From: Thermodesulfovibrionia bacterium
GTDB lineage: Bacteria > Nitrospirota > Thermodesulfovibrionia > UBA6902
Length of the DNA stretch: 64,000 nucleotides
Assembly (NCBI GenBank): GCA_020053105.1
Contig: JAGVNU010000030.1
Coordinates: forward strand, 21,838 to 85,837
Reading direction: 5' to 3'
Shown here: piece by piece, positions 48,509 to 58,140 of the stretch
Layout: each line of letters starts with the position of its first letter
Numbering within the stretch: the stretch's first letter is position 1
The notes under the pieces: model-generated
Database searches by the model: none
The model's input: only the letters and a program-made list of their open reading frames with translations
Told to the model about the DNA's origin: nothing
Translations under genes and position numbers: made by a program

Positions 48509-48895
48509 ATGAATAAGACACGCATCATGATTGTCGATGACGAGCCGATCGTAGGGAAAAGACTTAAACGATTGCTTGAAAAAGACGGTTACGAAGTCGA
48601 GATTTTCACAAAGGGCTCGGTTGCGCTTGAAGAATGTGACCGGAAACATTTTGATATTGTCATAACCGACCTCAAAATGGGCGGTGTCGACGGCATGAAG
48701 GTTCTCGAAACTGTAAGGGGGAAAAACCCGGACACAAAGGTAATTATCATCACGGGTTTCCGCAAAATGGAATCATCGAATGAGGCATTCATCAAAGGGG
48801 CGTTCGATTATCTTGTAAAGCCGTTTAAAATTGAAGACCTCAAGCGGATCATCAAAAAAGCGGAATCCGAATTGAAAAATTCCTCCGGGCAGTAA
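48509..48895 (+). CDS. Single-domain response regulator
   Basis: IVDDE, ITDLKM, ITG, VKP. Confidence 0.92.
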   Translation: MNKTRIMIVDDEPIVGKRLKRLLEKDGYEVEIFTKGSVALEECDRKHFDIVITDLKMGGVDGMKVLETVRGKNPDTKVIIITGFRKMESSNEAFIKGAFDYLVKPFKIEDLKRIIKKAESELKNSSGQ

Positions 48896-48941
48896 TGTCC
48901 GATCAAATATCATCCAAAATCTTACAGATATTTTCAAGGCC

Positions 48942-49835
48942 TTACCGGGCTTTTACCACCAGCACGGCGCAATCAGCAAGTCCGATAACTCGTTCGGTTA
49001 CGCTCCCCATGAAGAGTTTCACAAGTCCGGTCCTGCCGTGACTACCGACTACAATGAGGTCTGCCTTGTTCTCTTTTGCCGTTTCGATGATAGCTTCGTA
49101 CGGCCTTCCTGCAAGGATGAATCCTTTGACCCTGACCCCGTTTTCTTCAGCGAGCTTTTTTACGTTCTTAACATTTTTTTCTGCTTCCTGAAATTCCTTA
49201 TCAGAGATGGCCCCTCTTTGCATTTCAGAATGAACGATAGCAAAAGGTGATTCAGCTTCTGAAGGCACAACAGAGATCACGATGAGGTTGGAGTCGCAGC
49301 TTTTTGCAATGCTGATCGCCTCGCTTATCGCCGCGTCACTGTATTTTGAGCCGTCGATTGCTACGATAATATTCCTGAATTCAACTCTCGCCGCCCTTGG
49401 GACTACGAGCACTTTGCAAGGGGCATGTCCTATGACCCTTGCGGTCTCACTACCCATCATAAGCCTCTTGAGACCTTTCCTCCCGCGTCTTCCCATGATT
49501 ATCATCTCGGCCTTGTTTTTCTCTGCCTCTTCAACAATGTATTTATAAGGCTCCTCGCCCTGGTGCACTATTATTTCGCAGTCAACCCCTTCTTTTGAGG
49601 CCCTCTCTTTTACGGCTTCAAGGCGCTGCCTTGCCTCTTTTTCAGCCTTCTCGACAAGCTGCGGGGCCATAATTTCGAATTCGGGATTTGTCTCAACAAC
49701 AGAGACGGCAAGCAGCCTGCTTGAACAGGTCTTTGAAAGATTTATCGCCTCTCTCACGGCGCCTTCACTGAATTCAGAGCCGTCTGTGGATAAAAGCAAC
49801 TTTTCAAGTTTTGCCGCCGGGCAATATTGTGCCAT
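48942..49835 (-). CDS. Tandem universal stress protein
   Basis: Two USP domains; paralog of 45484. Confidence 0.92.
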   Translation of the reverse strand: MAQYCPAAKLEKLLLSTDGSEFSEGAVREAINLSKTCSSRLLAVSVVETNPEFEIMAPQLVEKAEKEARQRLEAVKERASKEGVDCEIIVHQGEEPYKYIVEEAEKNKAEMIIMGRRGRKGLKRLMMGSETARVIGHAPCKVLVVPRAARVEFRNIIVAIDGSKYSDAAISEAISIAKSCDSNLIVISVVPSEAESPFAIVHSEMQRGAISDKEFQEAEKNVKNVKKLAEENGVRVKGFILAGRPYEAIIETAKENKADLIVVGSHGRTGLVKLFMGSVTERVIGLADCAVLVVKAR

Positions 49836-49836
49836 T

Positions 49837-50256
49837 TTAATGACCTCCTGCTGTTAAGATTCCTGATGCTGCAAGCAGAAGTACACAAACCTCCAACAAA
49901 GCTATTATGAGGTAGGTGGTGTCCTTTTTTCTGATAAATATCGGAACTACTCTCAAATAACATGCCATCGTTACTCCCGCAAGCACAGCGACCCCGATGA
50001 AATTAAGCATATCTCCATTATTGAGCAAAGAGGCCCACCCCCACCCCACAGGGGCGCCTGTCTCGTGGATATAGTCGGCGGCGCGCAATTTCCAGAGGCT
50101 CTGCAGCTTATTGAAATCCACCACATTCGGCAGAAGTCCGCTTACATAAATTATAAAAGTTATTACAAGAATACCGAGCCCGGTCCATGCGCCGTTGCCA
50201 AGAAGACCTGCGTACGCCAATTGTTCCTCAGATGCCTTTGGTTTATCATCGTTCAT
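49837..50256 (-). CDS. DUF1634-like membrane protein
   Basis: EEQLAYA, PVGWGW, GDMLNF, LLAASGIL; directly downstream of TauE. Confidence 0.75.
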   Translation of the reverse strand: MNDDKPKASEEQLAYAGLLGNGAWTGLGILVITFIIYVSGLLPNVVDFNKLQSLWKLRAADYIHETGAPVGWGWASLLNNGDMLNFIGVAVLAGVTMACYLRVVPIFIRKKDTTYLIIALLEVCVLLLAASGILTAGGH

Positions 50257-50266
50257 GTTTATCCTC

Positions 50267-51244
50267 CTAATTCCAAATTCCTAGGCCCTTCAACAAGGCC
50301 CTCAAGCCTGACACAAACAGCAGTCCTATTACCATCCATTTAATAACTTTGGGCTTTGCCGTCGCAAGGATTTTTACGCCTATTCTGGAACCAAGCATGA
50401 CTCCAATAACGGAAGGCACTACCATGAGAGGCAGGACCGCTCCTTTGTTAATGAAAACCCATGCAGCAGCAGTATCTGTTATCGAAAGCAGGAATACACT
50501 CGATGCAACGGATACTTTTAAAGGAGCGCCCATAAGGAGATTCAGGACCGGCACATTTGCCCATCCGGCGCCGAGACCGAACATGCCGGCCATAACTCCA
50601 ATTATGATAAACAGGAATAACGCCTGCGGCGTCCTGTGGACATGCCATTCAATGTCTTTTCCAAGCGATTCCTCGCGATATATTCCCATTATCCCCAATG
50701 CGGAGGAAAGCGCGTCAGGCTTCGGCACAATAGGGAAGTCGGATTTTTTTGCAAGAAGCAGAATGAAGACTATCCCTATTATTGTCGCTCCAAGGAGTGT
50801 CTGGACTATATTTGTCGGAAGTGCAAGACCTATCATCGCGCCTCCTATTGCCGCGGCTGATGCGATCAGCGCCATAGGCATTGAGAGCCTGAGGCTTGCA
50901 AGATTTCTCTTGAGAAGTCCTGGTCCGGCTGCCAGCGCTGTGGATAATGCAACCAGCAACCCGGTTGCTCTCACAAAATCGAGATGAAAAGGGAAAAATC
51001 CGCTGACAATAGGGACATAAAGAACTCCGCCGCCTACGCCGCCGAGCACGGCCACAATTCCAAGAACAAATGTAAACACAAACAAAGCTAACGGCCAGAC
51101 CCACCATGCAACATCGGAAGTTGGTTCCTGAGAAAGTGTTAAAGCTTCTGTAGATGCAAACGCGGTGGCAACTCCCAGGATTAAAGTTAAAAATACCATT
51201 ACTGCTACGAAAGTCTTTAAAATTTTGAGTGTACCTGGCAACAT
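50267..51244 (-). CDS. TauE/SafE family transporter
   Basis: LGGVGGGVLYVP, FGLGAGWANVP; start ATG 51244 after AAGGAAGGA. Confidence 0.87.
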   Translation of the reverse strand: MLPGTLKILKTFVAVMVFLTLILGVATAFASTEALTLSQEPTSDVAWWVWPLALFVFTFVLGIVAVLGGVGGGVLYVPIVSGFFPFHLDFVRATGLLVALSTALAAGPGLLKRNLASLRLSMPMALIASAAAIGGAMIGLALPTNIVQTLLGATIIGIVFILLLAKKSDFPIVPKPDALSSALGIMGIYREESLGKDIEWHVHRTPQALFLFIIIGVMAGMFGLGAGWANVPVLNLLMGAPLKVSVASSVFLLSITDTAAAWVFINKGAVLPLMVVPSVIGVMLGSRIGVKILATAKPKVIKWMVIGLLFVSGLRALLKGLGIWN

Positions 51245-51319
51245 TAATTTGTCCTTCCTTATTATGAGATTTGATTTATTGCAAATACTGTTATCGGGTA
51301 TCGAGAGCAAGACATCATT

Positions 51320-51355
51320 GTTTCAAATTGCATCAGAGCCTGCTTATTTTGCAAC
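51320..51355. promoter_or_regulatory. Pair of candidate enhancer sites similar to those at 43.1-43.3 kb
   Basis: GTTTCAAATTGCATC and TGCTTATTTTGCAAC. Confidence 0.4.
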
Positions 51356-51589
51356 AAACCGGTTTATATCATAATGAACTGAGCTGGATAAAATCAATAA
51401 AAATGAGTTTATAATTATATAAGATTTTTATTAAGGACGGGAGCCGCGTAGAGAACGACAGGTGCGGACTACGGGAAGTTCTATAACAGAAAACACTATT
51501 TTACAATAAATTCACACTGTTCTCTTATGATATGGACCAAACAAAAGTCATCGGAGGAACACACTAGTTAAATCAAAATTAGGCGCCTA

Positions 51590-51670
51590 TTAACTGGTGG
51601 CCATAACAGCAACAAGAGCAATCAACAACGAAAAGAAAAATACAAAACCCAATGCCTTGAGAAATTTCAC
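51590..51670 (-). CDS. 26-aa single-TM small protein
   Basis: AAAGGAGG-N6-GTG; MKFLKALGFVFFFSLLIALVAVMATS*. Confidence 0.5.
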   Translation of the reverse strand: MKFLKALGFVFFFSLLIALVAVMATS

Positions 51671-51891
51671 GTCAAGCCTCCTTTCTTCTTTATGCCAAAA
51701 ATATATTTTCATGACTGGAGGAATTCATTACCAGCTCTCGCTGCATCGGCAAGAAAGCCTCCGGGTTTAAAGCTGTATGGGATAATTATGGACCTCCGCT
51801 ATGACCTTGTCTACTAAAAAAGATTAATGCGTACATAAGCTGTCTTGATTCGGCCCGTGGAATTACAACGGGGAAAATATCTGATGAGGAG

Positions 51892-53040
51892 TTACAGTTT
51901 GACTATATCGAGGATATCTCTGAGGGGACCTGGGATATTTTCAGCGCTGCCGGCCGTCACAATGAATATGACCTTTGAGAGATCATACGGCACATCCACA
52001 TAACGATCGGTGAAATTGCGGTTCTTATGGGGAGCGATCACCTCCATCAGGACAGATGAGATGTCACCCCTGAAATCCCGGGATGCCGCGTCCAGCCCCT
52101 CAAGCATAAAAACAGGATCAGCGGCGCCTGCACGACGGATCTCATCGATAATACATCCGGGGCTTGCATCGTCAGCTGCCCGGTCCAGCCCTCTGACGTC
52201 AGACTCCTCTTTTATTTCTGACAGCGAAATGCTGATGAATTTTCTGCCAAGGGCTGCGGCAATCATTTTAGCAACAGAGATCTGCACTTCTAGCGACGGC
52301 CCCTCAAAGCAAAGGACGTCCCGCTTCCAGTTCAAATACTTATGTCTGAGAGCGTCTTTAACAGATGAGAGTAAGTCATCGACCCTGACAGGCTTTTCAA
52401 TGTAGTGAAACGCCCCCATCCTTAACGCCTGCACTGCGGTGTCCACAGTTGCATAACCCGTAATCATAATGACCCGCGTTCCAGGATACTTGTTGATGGT
52501 TTCTTTAATAATAGCCGTCCCGTCAACTTCTCCCATAATCAGGTCCGTAATCACCAGATCAATATCAGAAGCCTTCAGCTTATCAATGGCTTCTGTCCCG
52601 CTGCCGGCCGTTACAACTGTATAGCCCTCTCTTTCAAGGATGTACGTTAAACTCTCAAGGGCGATCCGTTCATCATCCACGACCAGAATCTTGGGTTTTT
52701 TATAGTTATTTGCAAACTTGCCGTTCAGATGCTCCAGTATCCTCTGCCTGCTGCCGCTGTCAAGCACATGCTCATTCAATATTTTTTCAACGCCCGAAAG
52801 CTCAGGCTTTTTTTCTGAGGCCTTATTCCATGGCAGGCTGGCAAGATAACCGACATAGGCTAATGCGTTTAAATGTTTGGAGGTCCCGGGACTGACGATT
52901 GACAGCGCTTCCATCGCCTGCTTGGCAGTGTCAGCTAACTTCTGTACATCAGACGGCATCCCGGCAGATGCGAGCATTTGCCTCAGCTCCTGTATTGACA
53001 GAGAGCGAAGTCTTTTATTAAATTCTTGGAACCCTTTCAA
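51892..53040 (-). CDS. Degenerate Lon-REC paralog (intact receiver, broken Walker A/B, no protease domain)
   Basis: LPW..RILEHL, REC (VDDE, TDLIM, ITG, EKP), CFEGPSLEVQIS, MLEGLD, FTDRYVDVPYDLSKVIFIVTA, ends at PLRDILDIVKL. Confidence 0.8.
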   Translation of the reverse strand: MKGFQEFNKRLRSLSIQELRQMLASAGMPSDVQKLADTAKQAMEALSIVSPGTSKHLNALAYVGYLASLPWNKASEKKPELSGVEKILNEHVLDSGSRQRILEHLNGKFANNYKKPKILVVDDERIALESLTYILEREGYTVVTAGSGTEAIDKLKASDIDLVITDLIMGEVDGTAIIKETINKYPGTRVIMITGYATVDTAVQALRMGAFHYIEKPVRVDDLLSSVKDALRHKYLNWKRDVLCFEGPSLEVQISVAKMIAAALGRKFISISLSEIKEESDVRGLDRAADDASPGCIIDEIRRAGAADPVFMLEGLDAASRDFRGDISSVLMEVIAPHKNRNFTDRYVDVPYDLSKVIFIVTAGSAENIPGPLRDILDIVKL

Positions 53041-53216
53041 AGATTGTCCCTGACTGCATAAGTATTTGTGGTTTGCTCAACTTCTTTAAATTGGATGTAA
53101 GTATACCAGTTTGTTTACGGCAAGTAAAATCTGCGGATTTTATATCATTTACTTTTTCCGCATCCTGTTATTTAACAATACCGTTAAAATATTGTATCCT
53201 AACATACGCAAAACAT

Positions 53217-54926
53217 ATGAAATTAAAAATCTGGCATAAAATGATCATCGGGATAACAATCCCTTCCCTGATTGCCGTGTTAGGAGGCATCCTGACCTAC
53301 GGCTATATGAACGATATAAAAAACAGGCAGGGTTCCATGCGTATCGCGGACGGATTAAAGGAGAACGCTCTCGAAATCAGAAGAAATGAAAGAAATTTTC
53401 TTCATTACAGGGACGTTGAGCATCAAAAAAGACTCCTCGATGCCATAAATACATTGACCCGGTCAGTCAATAATATCTCTCCCAATGCGTCTGAAAAAAT
53501 CGCGAGGCGCGGATTCCCCCTTCTCAGCGAAACACAGGAACAATATGCGGACCTTACAAATAAGCTGAATGAGAATTTCCTGAAAGAGGCTGAGATCGCA
53601 GGAAGGGTAAGAAAGGAGGGCGAAAAGCTGGAGACCCTTGTAGCGGCGCGGAAACAGGCAAAAGAACTCTCTACAGACTTTGTCCTCCGCCTGAGACTGC
53701 TGGAAAAGAATTACATGTTTTATCGTGACAAAGAATCTTATTCAGATCTGGACAAGAGTCTTTTACAGATAAAGAATATTACCCCTTTCTGTTATGGATG
53801 TACCCCTTATATCGACTCTGTCCGAGAGCTTTTTACGGCCTATAAAATTAGTGGTTCCCTGACAGACAGTCTTCAGGCAGCAGGCGATACGCTGGAGCAA
53901 ATAACAGAAGAAATAGCGGAACGTGAAAGACAGAGGATCAGCTCCTTCATCGACCATACGCAAAACCTCCTGCTGGCGGCCCTCTTACTGCTTTTTTCTT
54001 TGGGTCCTCTATTCGTATACAAGACCGCTTCTTCAATAGTGAAGCCGATTAACAGGCTTGCTGAAATTACGAGGAAGATTTCCGGGGGGGAAATCACCCT
54101 GAGGGCGCCGCTTAAAGAGCATGATGAGACCTACTCTCTTGCTGTGTCCTTCAACAGCATGCTCGATAATCTCCAGAAGACCCAGCAGTCCCTGAAGGAA
54201 AGCCTGGGCCTCCTTAATGAAAAGCAGGCCCAGCTTGTGGAATCTGAGAAACGCGCCTCAATGGGTTTTCTTGTGGCCGGTGTTGCGCATGAGCTGAATA
54301 ATCCACTGAATAATATTTCTCTCCGTGCTGAGATAGTCAGTAAAGAGATACAGAAATATTCCGACGAAAAACTCAGCAATTACGTGCAGGACATAGTGAT
54401 GCAGAGCGAACGCGCCCATAACATAATCAATAATTTACTCGACTTCGCAAGGGCCCGCAAATCTGCAGAAATGGAAAAACAGGACATAGTCCGCATTGTA
54501 AATGATTCCTTGAATCTTGTGGCCAGCCAGCTCAGAATCACCAATATTAAACTGAACAAGGACATCCCGGACAGGGCTTTCTACGTCAATGGGAACCGCA
54601 GCAAGCTGGAACAGATACTCATCAGCATCATAACCAATGCCATTCAGGCGATGAAGGATTCCGGCACATTGACCGTAGGGGTCGGGCAGGACAATATCAA
54701 CCGGAATGTCCTTGTGAAAATCAGCGATACCGGGAAGGGGATACCTGAGAGTGACATTAAGAACATCTTTGACCCTTTCTTTACAACAAAACCCCCTGGC
54801 GAAGGCACCGGTCTCGGACTGGCAGTCAGTCAGACCCTTGTGACGGAACATAAAGGTGAAATTCTTGTTGCAAGTAAAGTCGGGAGCGGGACTACATTCA
54901 CTATAAAATTACCGCTGTGTAAATAG
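53217..54926 (+). CDS. Membrane sensor histidine kinase, paralog of 46791
   Basis: [12 protein letters not shown] start shared with paralog; [16 protein letters not shown]; periplasmic PFCYGC. Confidence 0.93.
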   Translation: MKLKIWHKMIIGITIPSLIAVLGGILTYGYMNDIKNRQGSMRIADGLKENALEIRRNERNFLHYRDVEHQKRLLDAINTLTRSVNNISPNASEKIARRGFPLLSETQEQYADLTNKLNENFLKEAEIAGRVRKEGEKLETLVAARKQAKELSTDFVLRLRLLEKNYMFYRDKESYSDLDKSLLQIKNITPFCYGCTPYIDSVRELFTAYKISGSLTDSLQAAGDTLEQITEEIAERERQRISSFIDHTQNLLLAALLLLFSLGPLFVYKTASSIVKPINRLAEITRKISGGEITLRAPLKEHDETYSLAVSFNSMLDNLQKTQQSLKESLGLLNEKQAQLVESEKRASMGFLVAGVAHELNNPLNNISLRAEIVSKEIQKYSDEKLSNYVQDIVMQSERAHNIINNLLDFARARKSAEMEKQDIVRIVNDSLNLVASQLRITNIKLNKDIPDRAFYVNGNRSKLEQILISIITNAIQAMKDSGTLTVGVGQDNINRNVLVKISDTGKGIPESDIKNIFDPFFTTKPPGEGTGLGLAVSQTLVTEHKGEILVASKVGSGTTFTIKLPLCK

Positions 54927-54931
54927 CGGTA

Positions 54932-55084
54932 CTATTTCCCATTGGAATTCTTCAGGTGCTCTTCAATATTTCTGGTGATATCTATCATCAGGTCTTTACC
55001 CGAGGTCGTGTAATCGGCAGTCCTGATCTCCGTAATTTCTTTTAAAGAGCGTATGACCGCGTCTATCTTCTTGGCCTCTTCCAT
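54932..55084 (-). other. 50-aa ORF, probable gene remnant
   Basis: MEEAKKIDAVIRSLKEITEIRTADYTTSGKDLMIDITRNIEEHLKNSNGK*. Confidence 0.4.
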
Positions 55085-55090
55085 CACAAT

Positions 55091-55486
55091 TCATATGCTA
55101 TGAATCAGATATATCACAAGAAACATCCCTATAGCAATGCTAGAGATCATGAGTAAGACATCGAGTATTAATGAAGGCCGGTAAGTGTCTTCGTCTATCT
55201 GCATCTCAATTTTCTTGTATCTTATAAAAGCGAGCACCCCCATCAATGCGCCGAGCGCCACAAGGATAATCCCAAAAACCGTCGAATATCCGCGAGGGGG
55301 AGCAGCGACCGTCTTCCCGGCAAGAAAAGAAAACTGTTTTGTAAATATTGCGAACCTTTCAACAACAAAACCGAATGCCATTATCGCAATACTCGTCCTG
55401 ATCCAGGAGAGAAAAGTCCTTTCATTAGCCATGTGGACACGGCGGTTGCGGACCCTTGGGACTTTTTCACCTTTATCGTCGTTCAT
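55091..55486 (-). CDS. YidH/DUF202 membrane protein
   Basis: HMANERTFLSWIRTSIAIMAFGF. Confidence 0.9.
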   Translation of the reverse strand: MNDDKGEKVPRVRNRRVHMANERTFLSWIRTSIAIMAFGFVVERFAIFTKQFSFLAGKTVAAPPRGYSTVFGIILVALGALMGVLAFIRYKKIEMQIDEDTYRPSLILDVLLMISSIAIGMFLVIYLIHSI

Positions 55487-55558
55487 TACTTCACACCTTT
55501 AGAGGAATTATACCCTGTATTCCACTGATGCGCATCGATAAGTTCAGGATATTTACGA

Positions 55559-55888
55559 CTATCCTTTCTCCAAAGCCTTAACAGCAATCCCGCACGAATC
55601 AAAACTATCAAGAAAAAGCGGGTACGGTTCAACAGGGCAAAGATCATAGAGCTTCTTCACAAAGTCCAGTACATATGGGGCGCTGCGGTGGCGCATATGG
55701 GCATCATTGTCGGCAAAAATCATAAAATGGATAAAACTCGCCGGGTCCTTCTTTAACTGGAGTGAGTTGTATAGCAGCGTTTTGGGTTCATGCTCCCTAA
55801 CATTTGATATAAGTCCGCTTATGACTGTCTTTGCCTCTTCAACCCTGTCCTTATGTACCGTAAAAGGAATCATTACATATTCGTTCAT
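55559..55888 (-). CDS. ABM/dimeric alpha-beta barrel protein
   Basis: VREHEPKTLLY...FADNDAHMRHRSAPY pattern. Confidence 0.7.
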   Translation of the reverse strand: MNEYVMIPFTVHKDRVEEAKTVISGLISNVREHEPKTLLYNSLQLKKDPASFIHFMIFADNDAHMRHRSAPYVLDFVKKLYDLCPVEPYPLFLDSFDSCGIAVKALEKG

Positions 55889-55907
55889 TGTTATCCTCTC
55901 TTTTTTA

Positions 55908-55943
55908 TATAGTTCAAACCGCTTAAACGGCTTGAGCGTTTTT
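55908..55943. repeat. Degenerate 9-bp tandem intergenic repeat
   Basis: TATAGTTCA AACCGCTTA AACGGCTTG AGCGTTTTT. Confidence 0.4.
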
Positions 55944-56441
55944 TTATTCGTCCGTCTTTTTATTTATCACATCCACAACCGTTTTCATCAGCAAAAACAA
56001 GTAGCCCATGTCCTCTTCTCCGAGAAGTACCGGGTCCTCCTCCTGGTCCGCTTCAAAGAGGGTCTCCACAACATACCGGATGACATAAGGCTGCGAGGAC
56101 ATCTGCACCCTTGCTACTCTTTCAAAGAATTTTTCATGGGCGCCACCGAGACTCTCCAGGAGTTTTTCATTATCTTCGTAACATGCAATGATTTCATCGG
56201 AAGATATTTTCCCGATTTTCTTTCCGTACCCGTTCTGAAACATGCGGTGTATGACGAAGAACATATAGACGGCAAGCTCCCTGATTTCCTGGTCAAGGTC
56301 TTCCGTCATTTCCATAATAAACGCCAGGATCTCAGGCTGGCTCTTTCCAACCAGCTGCGCTTCTTCATAGGCCTGCTCGTCAGTATAGCCGGCAAATCCC
56401 TCCCAAGTTTCATCAACTAATTCTTCTGATAAAGGTCCCAT
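55944..56441 (-). CDS. Hypothetical acidic helical protein
   Basis: Long ORF with SD; internal QPEILAFI / QPYVIRYV echo. Confidence 0.7.
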   Translation of the reverse strand: MGPLSEELVDETWEGFAGYTDEQAYEEAQLVGKSQPEILAFIMEMTEDLDQEIRELAVYMFFVIHRMFQNGYGKKIGKISSDEIIACYEDNEKLLESLGGAHEKFFERVARVQMSSQPYVIRYVVETLFEADQEEDPVLLGEEDMGYLFLLMKTVVDVINKKTDE

Positions 56442-56531
56442 TGATTTTCCCTTTCGTGTTCACATCATCTCTGGTAAAGAAATCCATAGATTACCGATTT
56501 CTGCATTATCATATTACCATAAGCAGGCGTC

Positions 56532-57320
56532 ATGAATCAGTTAAATTCAAAGGAGACGATGACGGATTGTCTTCCATTTAGAAACTTCAGGCTTTACAAT
56601 AATGGTAAACTTATTACTGGATTAAGGAGGTGGTTTCAAATAAAATTAAGCATAATAGTTCCAGTTCTGAATGAAGCCGGTAACCTCCGCAATTCACTTA
56701 ATCAACTTCGTTTGTCCGGCAATGAAGAATTGATAATTGTCGACGGCGGCAGCAGCGACAAGACCGTATCCATCGCAAGGGAGTTCACCGAAAAAGTATT
56801 TGAAGCCAGGACCGGGAGGGCAAACGTCATGAACTACGGGGCGGGCAAGGCCGGCGGCGATATCCTCCTCTTTCTTCATGCCGATTGTATACCGCCTGAT
56901 AACAGATTTACATTAATAAGAGACGCTCTCAGTAACGGGAACATTGCAGCCGGCGCCTTTTCGCTCCGAATCAACCATCCAGGTTTTGGGTTCAGACTGA
57001 TTGAGTCCATCGCAAACATCAGGTCCTGCATTACTTCACTTATTTATGGTGATCAGGGGATGTTTCTTCGGAAAGAGACTTTCGATAACATAGGGGGGTT
57101 TGCAGGTATTCCGTTAATGGAGGACATCGAGATATCCAGGAGACTTAGAAAAGAAGGCAAGATTGTTTTCATAAAACCGCCGATCAAGGTATCCCCAAGA
57201 CGGTGGTTAAAGGAAGGGATAATATATACTACGCTAAGAGACTGGACTATCGCTTTTTCATACACATTTTTTAAAATATCTCCTGAAAGGCTTATCAAAC
57301 ATTATAAAGAGGTCCGTTGA
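56532..57320 (+). CDS. GT2 glycosyltransferase, TIGR04283-like
   Basis: LSIIVPVLNEA, VDGGSSD, FLHAD, YGDQG, PLMED, SPRRW; real start probably near 56640. Confidence 0.85.
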   Translation: MNQLNSKETMTDCLPFRNFRLYNNGKLITGLRRWFQIKLSIIVPVLNEAGNLRNSLNQLRLSGNEELIIVDGGSSDKTVSIAREFTEKVFEARTGRANVMNYGAGKAGGDILLFLHADCIPPDNRFTLIRDALSNGNIAAGAFSLRINHPGFGFRLIESIANIRSCITSLIYGDQGMFLRKETFDNIGGFAGIPLMEDIEISRRLRKEGKIVFIKPPIKVSPRRWLKEGIIYTTLRDWTIAFSYTFFKISPERLIKHYKEVR

Positions 57321-57916
57321 AGAACAGAAACGCATTGATCATAATCGCCAAGTATCCTGACGCAGGATTTGTCAAAACACGGCTGAACGGTTTTATGCCG
57401 GATGAAAAAATACTTGAACTATATAAATACCTGCTGGAACAGACCATTCACAAGCTCCGGACCATTCCGGGTGTTGATACATATATCGCGTATGCGCCAG
57501 AACATGCTGAAAAATATTTTTCACGGTTCGGGGCCGGACTGATCCGCTTGTCCTCATGTGACCTGGGACTGAATATGGCTTATGCATTTAAAACTGTTTT
57601 TAATATGGGATATCAAAAGGCCGCGCTTGTCGGAGCGGACATTCCGGACTTAACGGAAGCAATCATCCTGCAGGCCTTTGATTTGCTGTCTGATACTGAT
57701 CTCGTTTACGGTCCTGCTGAAGACGGGGGCTATTATTTAGTGGGTATGAGAATGCTGATTCAGGAGGTCTTTGAAAACGTGCCATGGTCTTCGGACAAGA
57801 CACTCAGTAAAAGCCTGGAACAGGCCGAACAATTCGATTATACTGTGGGGTTTACAAAAACTTTAAGGGATATCGATACTATTGAGGACGTGAAGAAAGC
57901 TGGTTTCGCTGTTTAA
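57317..57916 (+). CDS. CofC-like glycosyltransferase, TIGR04282/DUF2064-like
   Basis: AKYP..GFVKTRL, DLG..M, GADIPDL, GPAEDGGYYLVG, VPWS, DIDT.ED. Confidence 0.88.
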   Translation: MKNRNALIIIAKYPDAGFVKTRLNGFMPDEKILELYKYLLEQTIHKLRTIPGVDTYIAYAPEHAEKYFSRFGAGLIRLSSCDLGLNMAYAFKTVFNMGYQKAALVGADIPDLTEAIILQAFDLLSDTDLVYGPAEDGGYYLVGMRMLIQEVFENVPWSSDKTLSKSLEQAEQFDYTVGFTKTLRDIDTIEDVKKAGFAV

Positions 57917-58037
57917 AACTGTCGCAGCCTGTATTCTCTTCATAATATCTTCAACATTTTCATTTACTCTATTTGCAGGTAAGTTGCATTGATGTTTTAT
58001 TCAGATAAATTGGAGCAGTAATTCAGCTCTGTGGTAA

Positions 58038-58066
58038 TTGACATGAAATTATATTCCTGATATTCT
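58038..58066 (+). promoter_or_regulatory. Sigma70-type promoter
   Basis: TTGACA-N17-TATTCT. Confidence 0.55.
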
Positions 58067-58140
58067 TTTCTTGCTGCATGATATCGAATGAGATTTATCT
58101 CATCATTATAAATCAGATCACTAAAAGGAGGTATTCTTCC

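Noticed and set aside
51740-51810. c-di-GMP-I riboswitch-like fragment (AAAGCCTCCGGGTTTAAAG...CTATGAC)
   Set aside because: The GGCAAA...GAAA P2 arm is missing and the orientation is antisense to the neighbouring genes.
55085-55093. Sec readthrough of the YidH UGA
   Set aside because: No Cys-equivalent context, and the nearest hairpin is weak and about 25 nt away.
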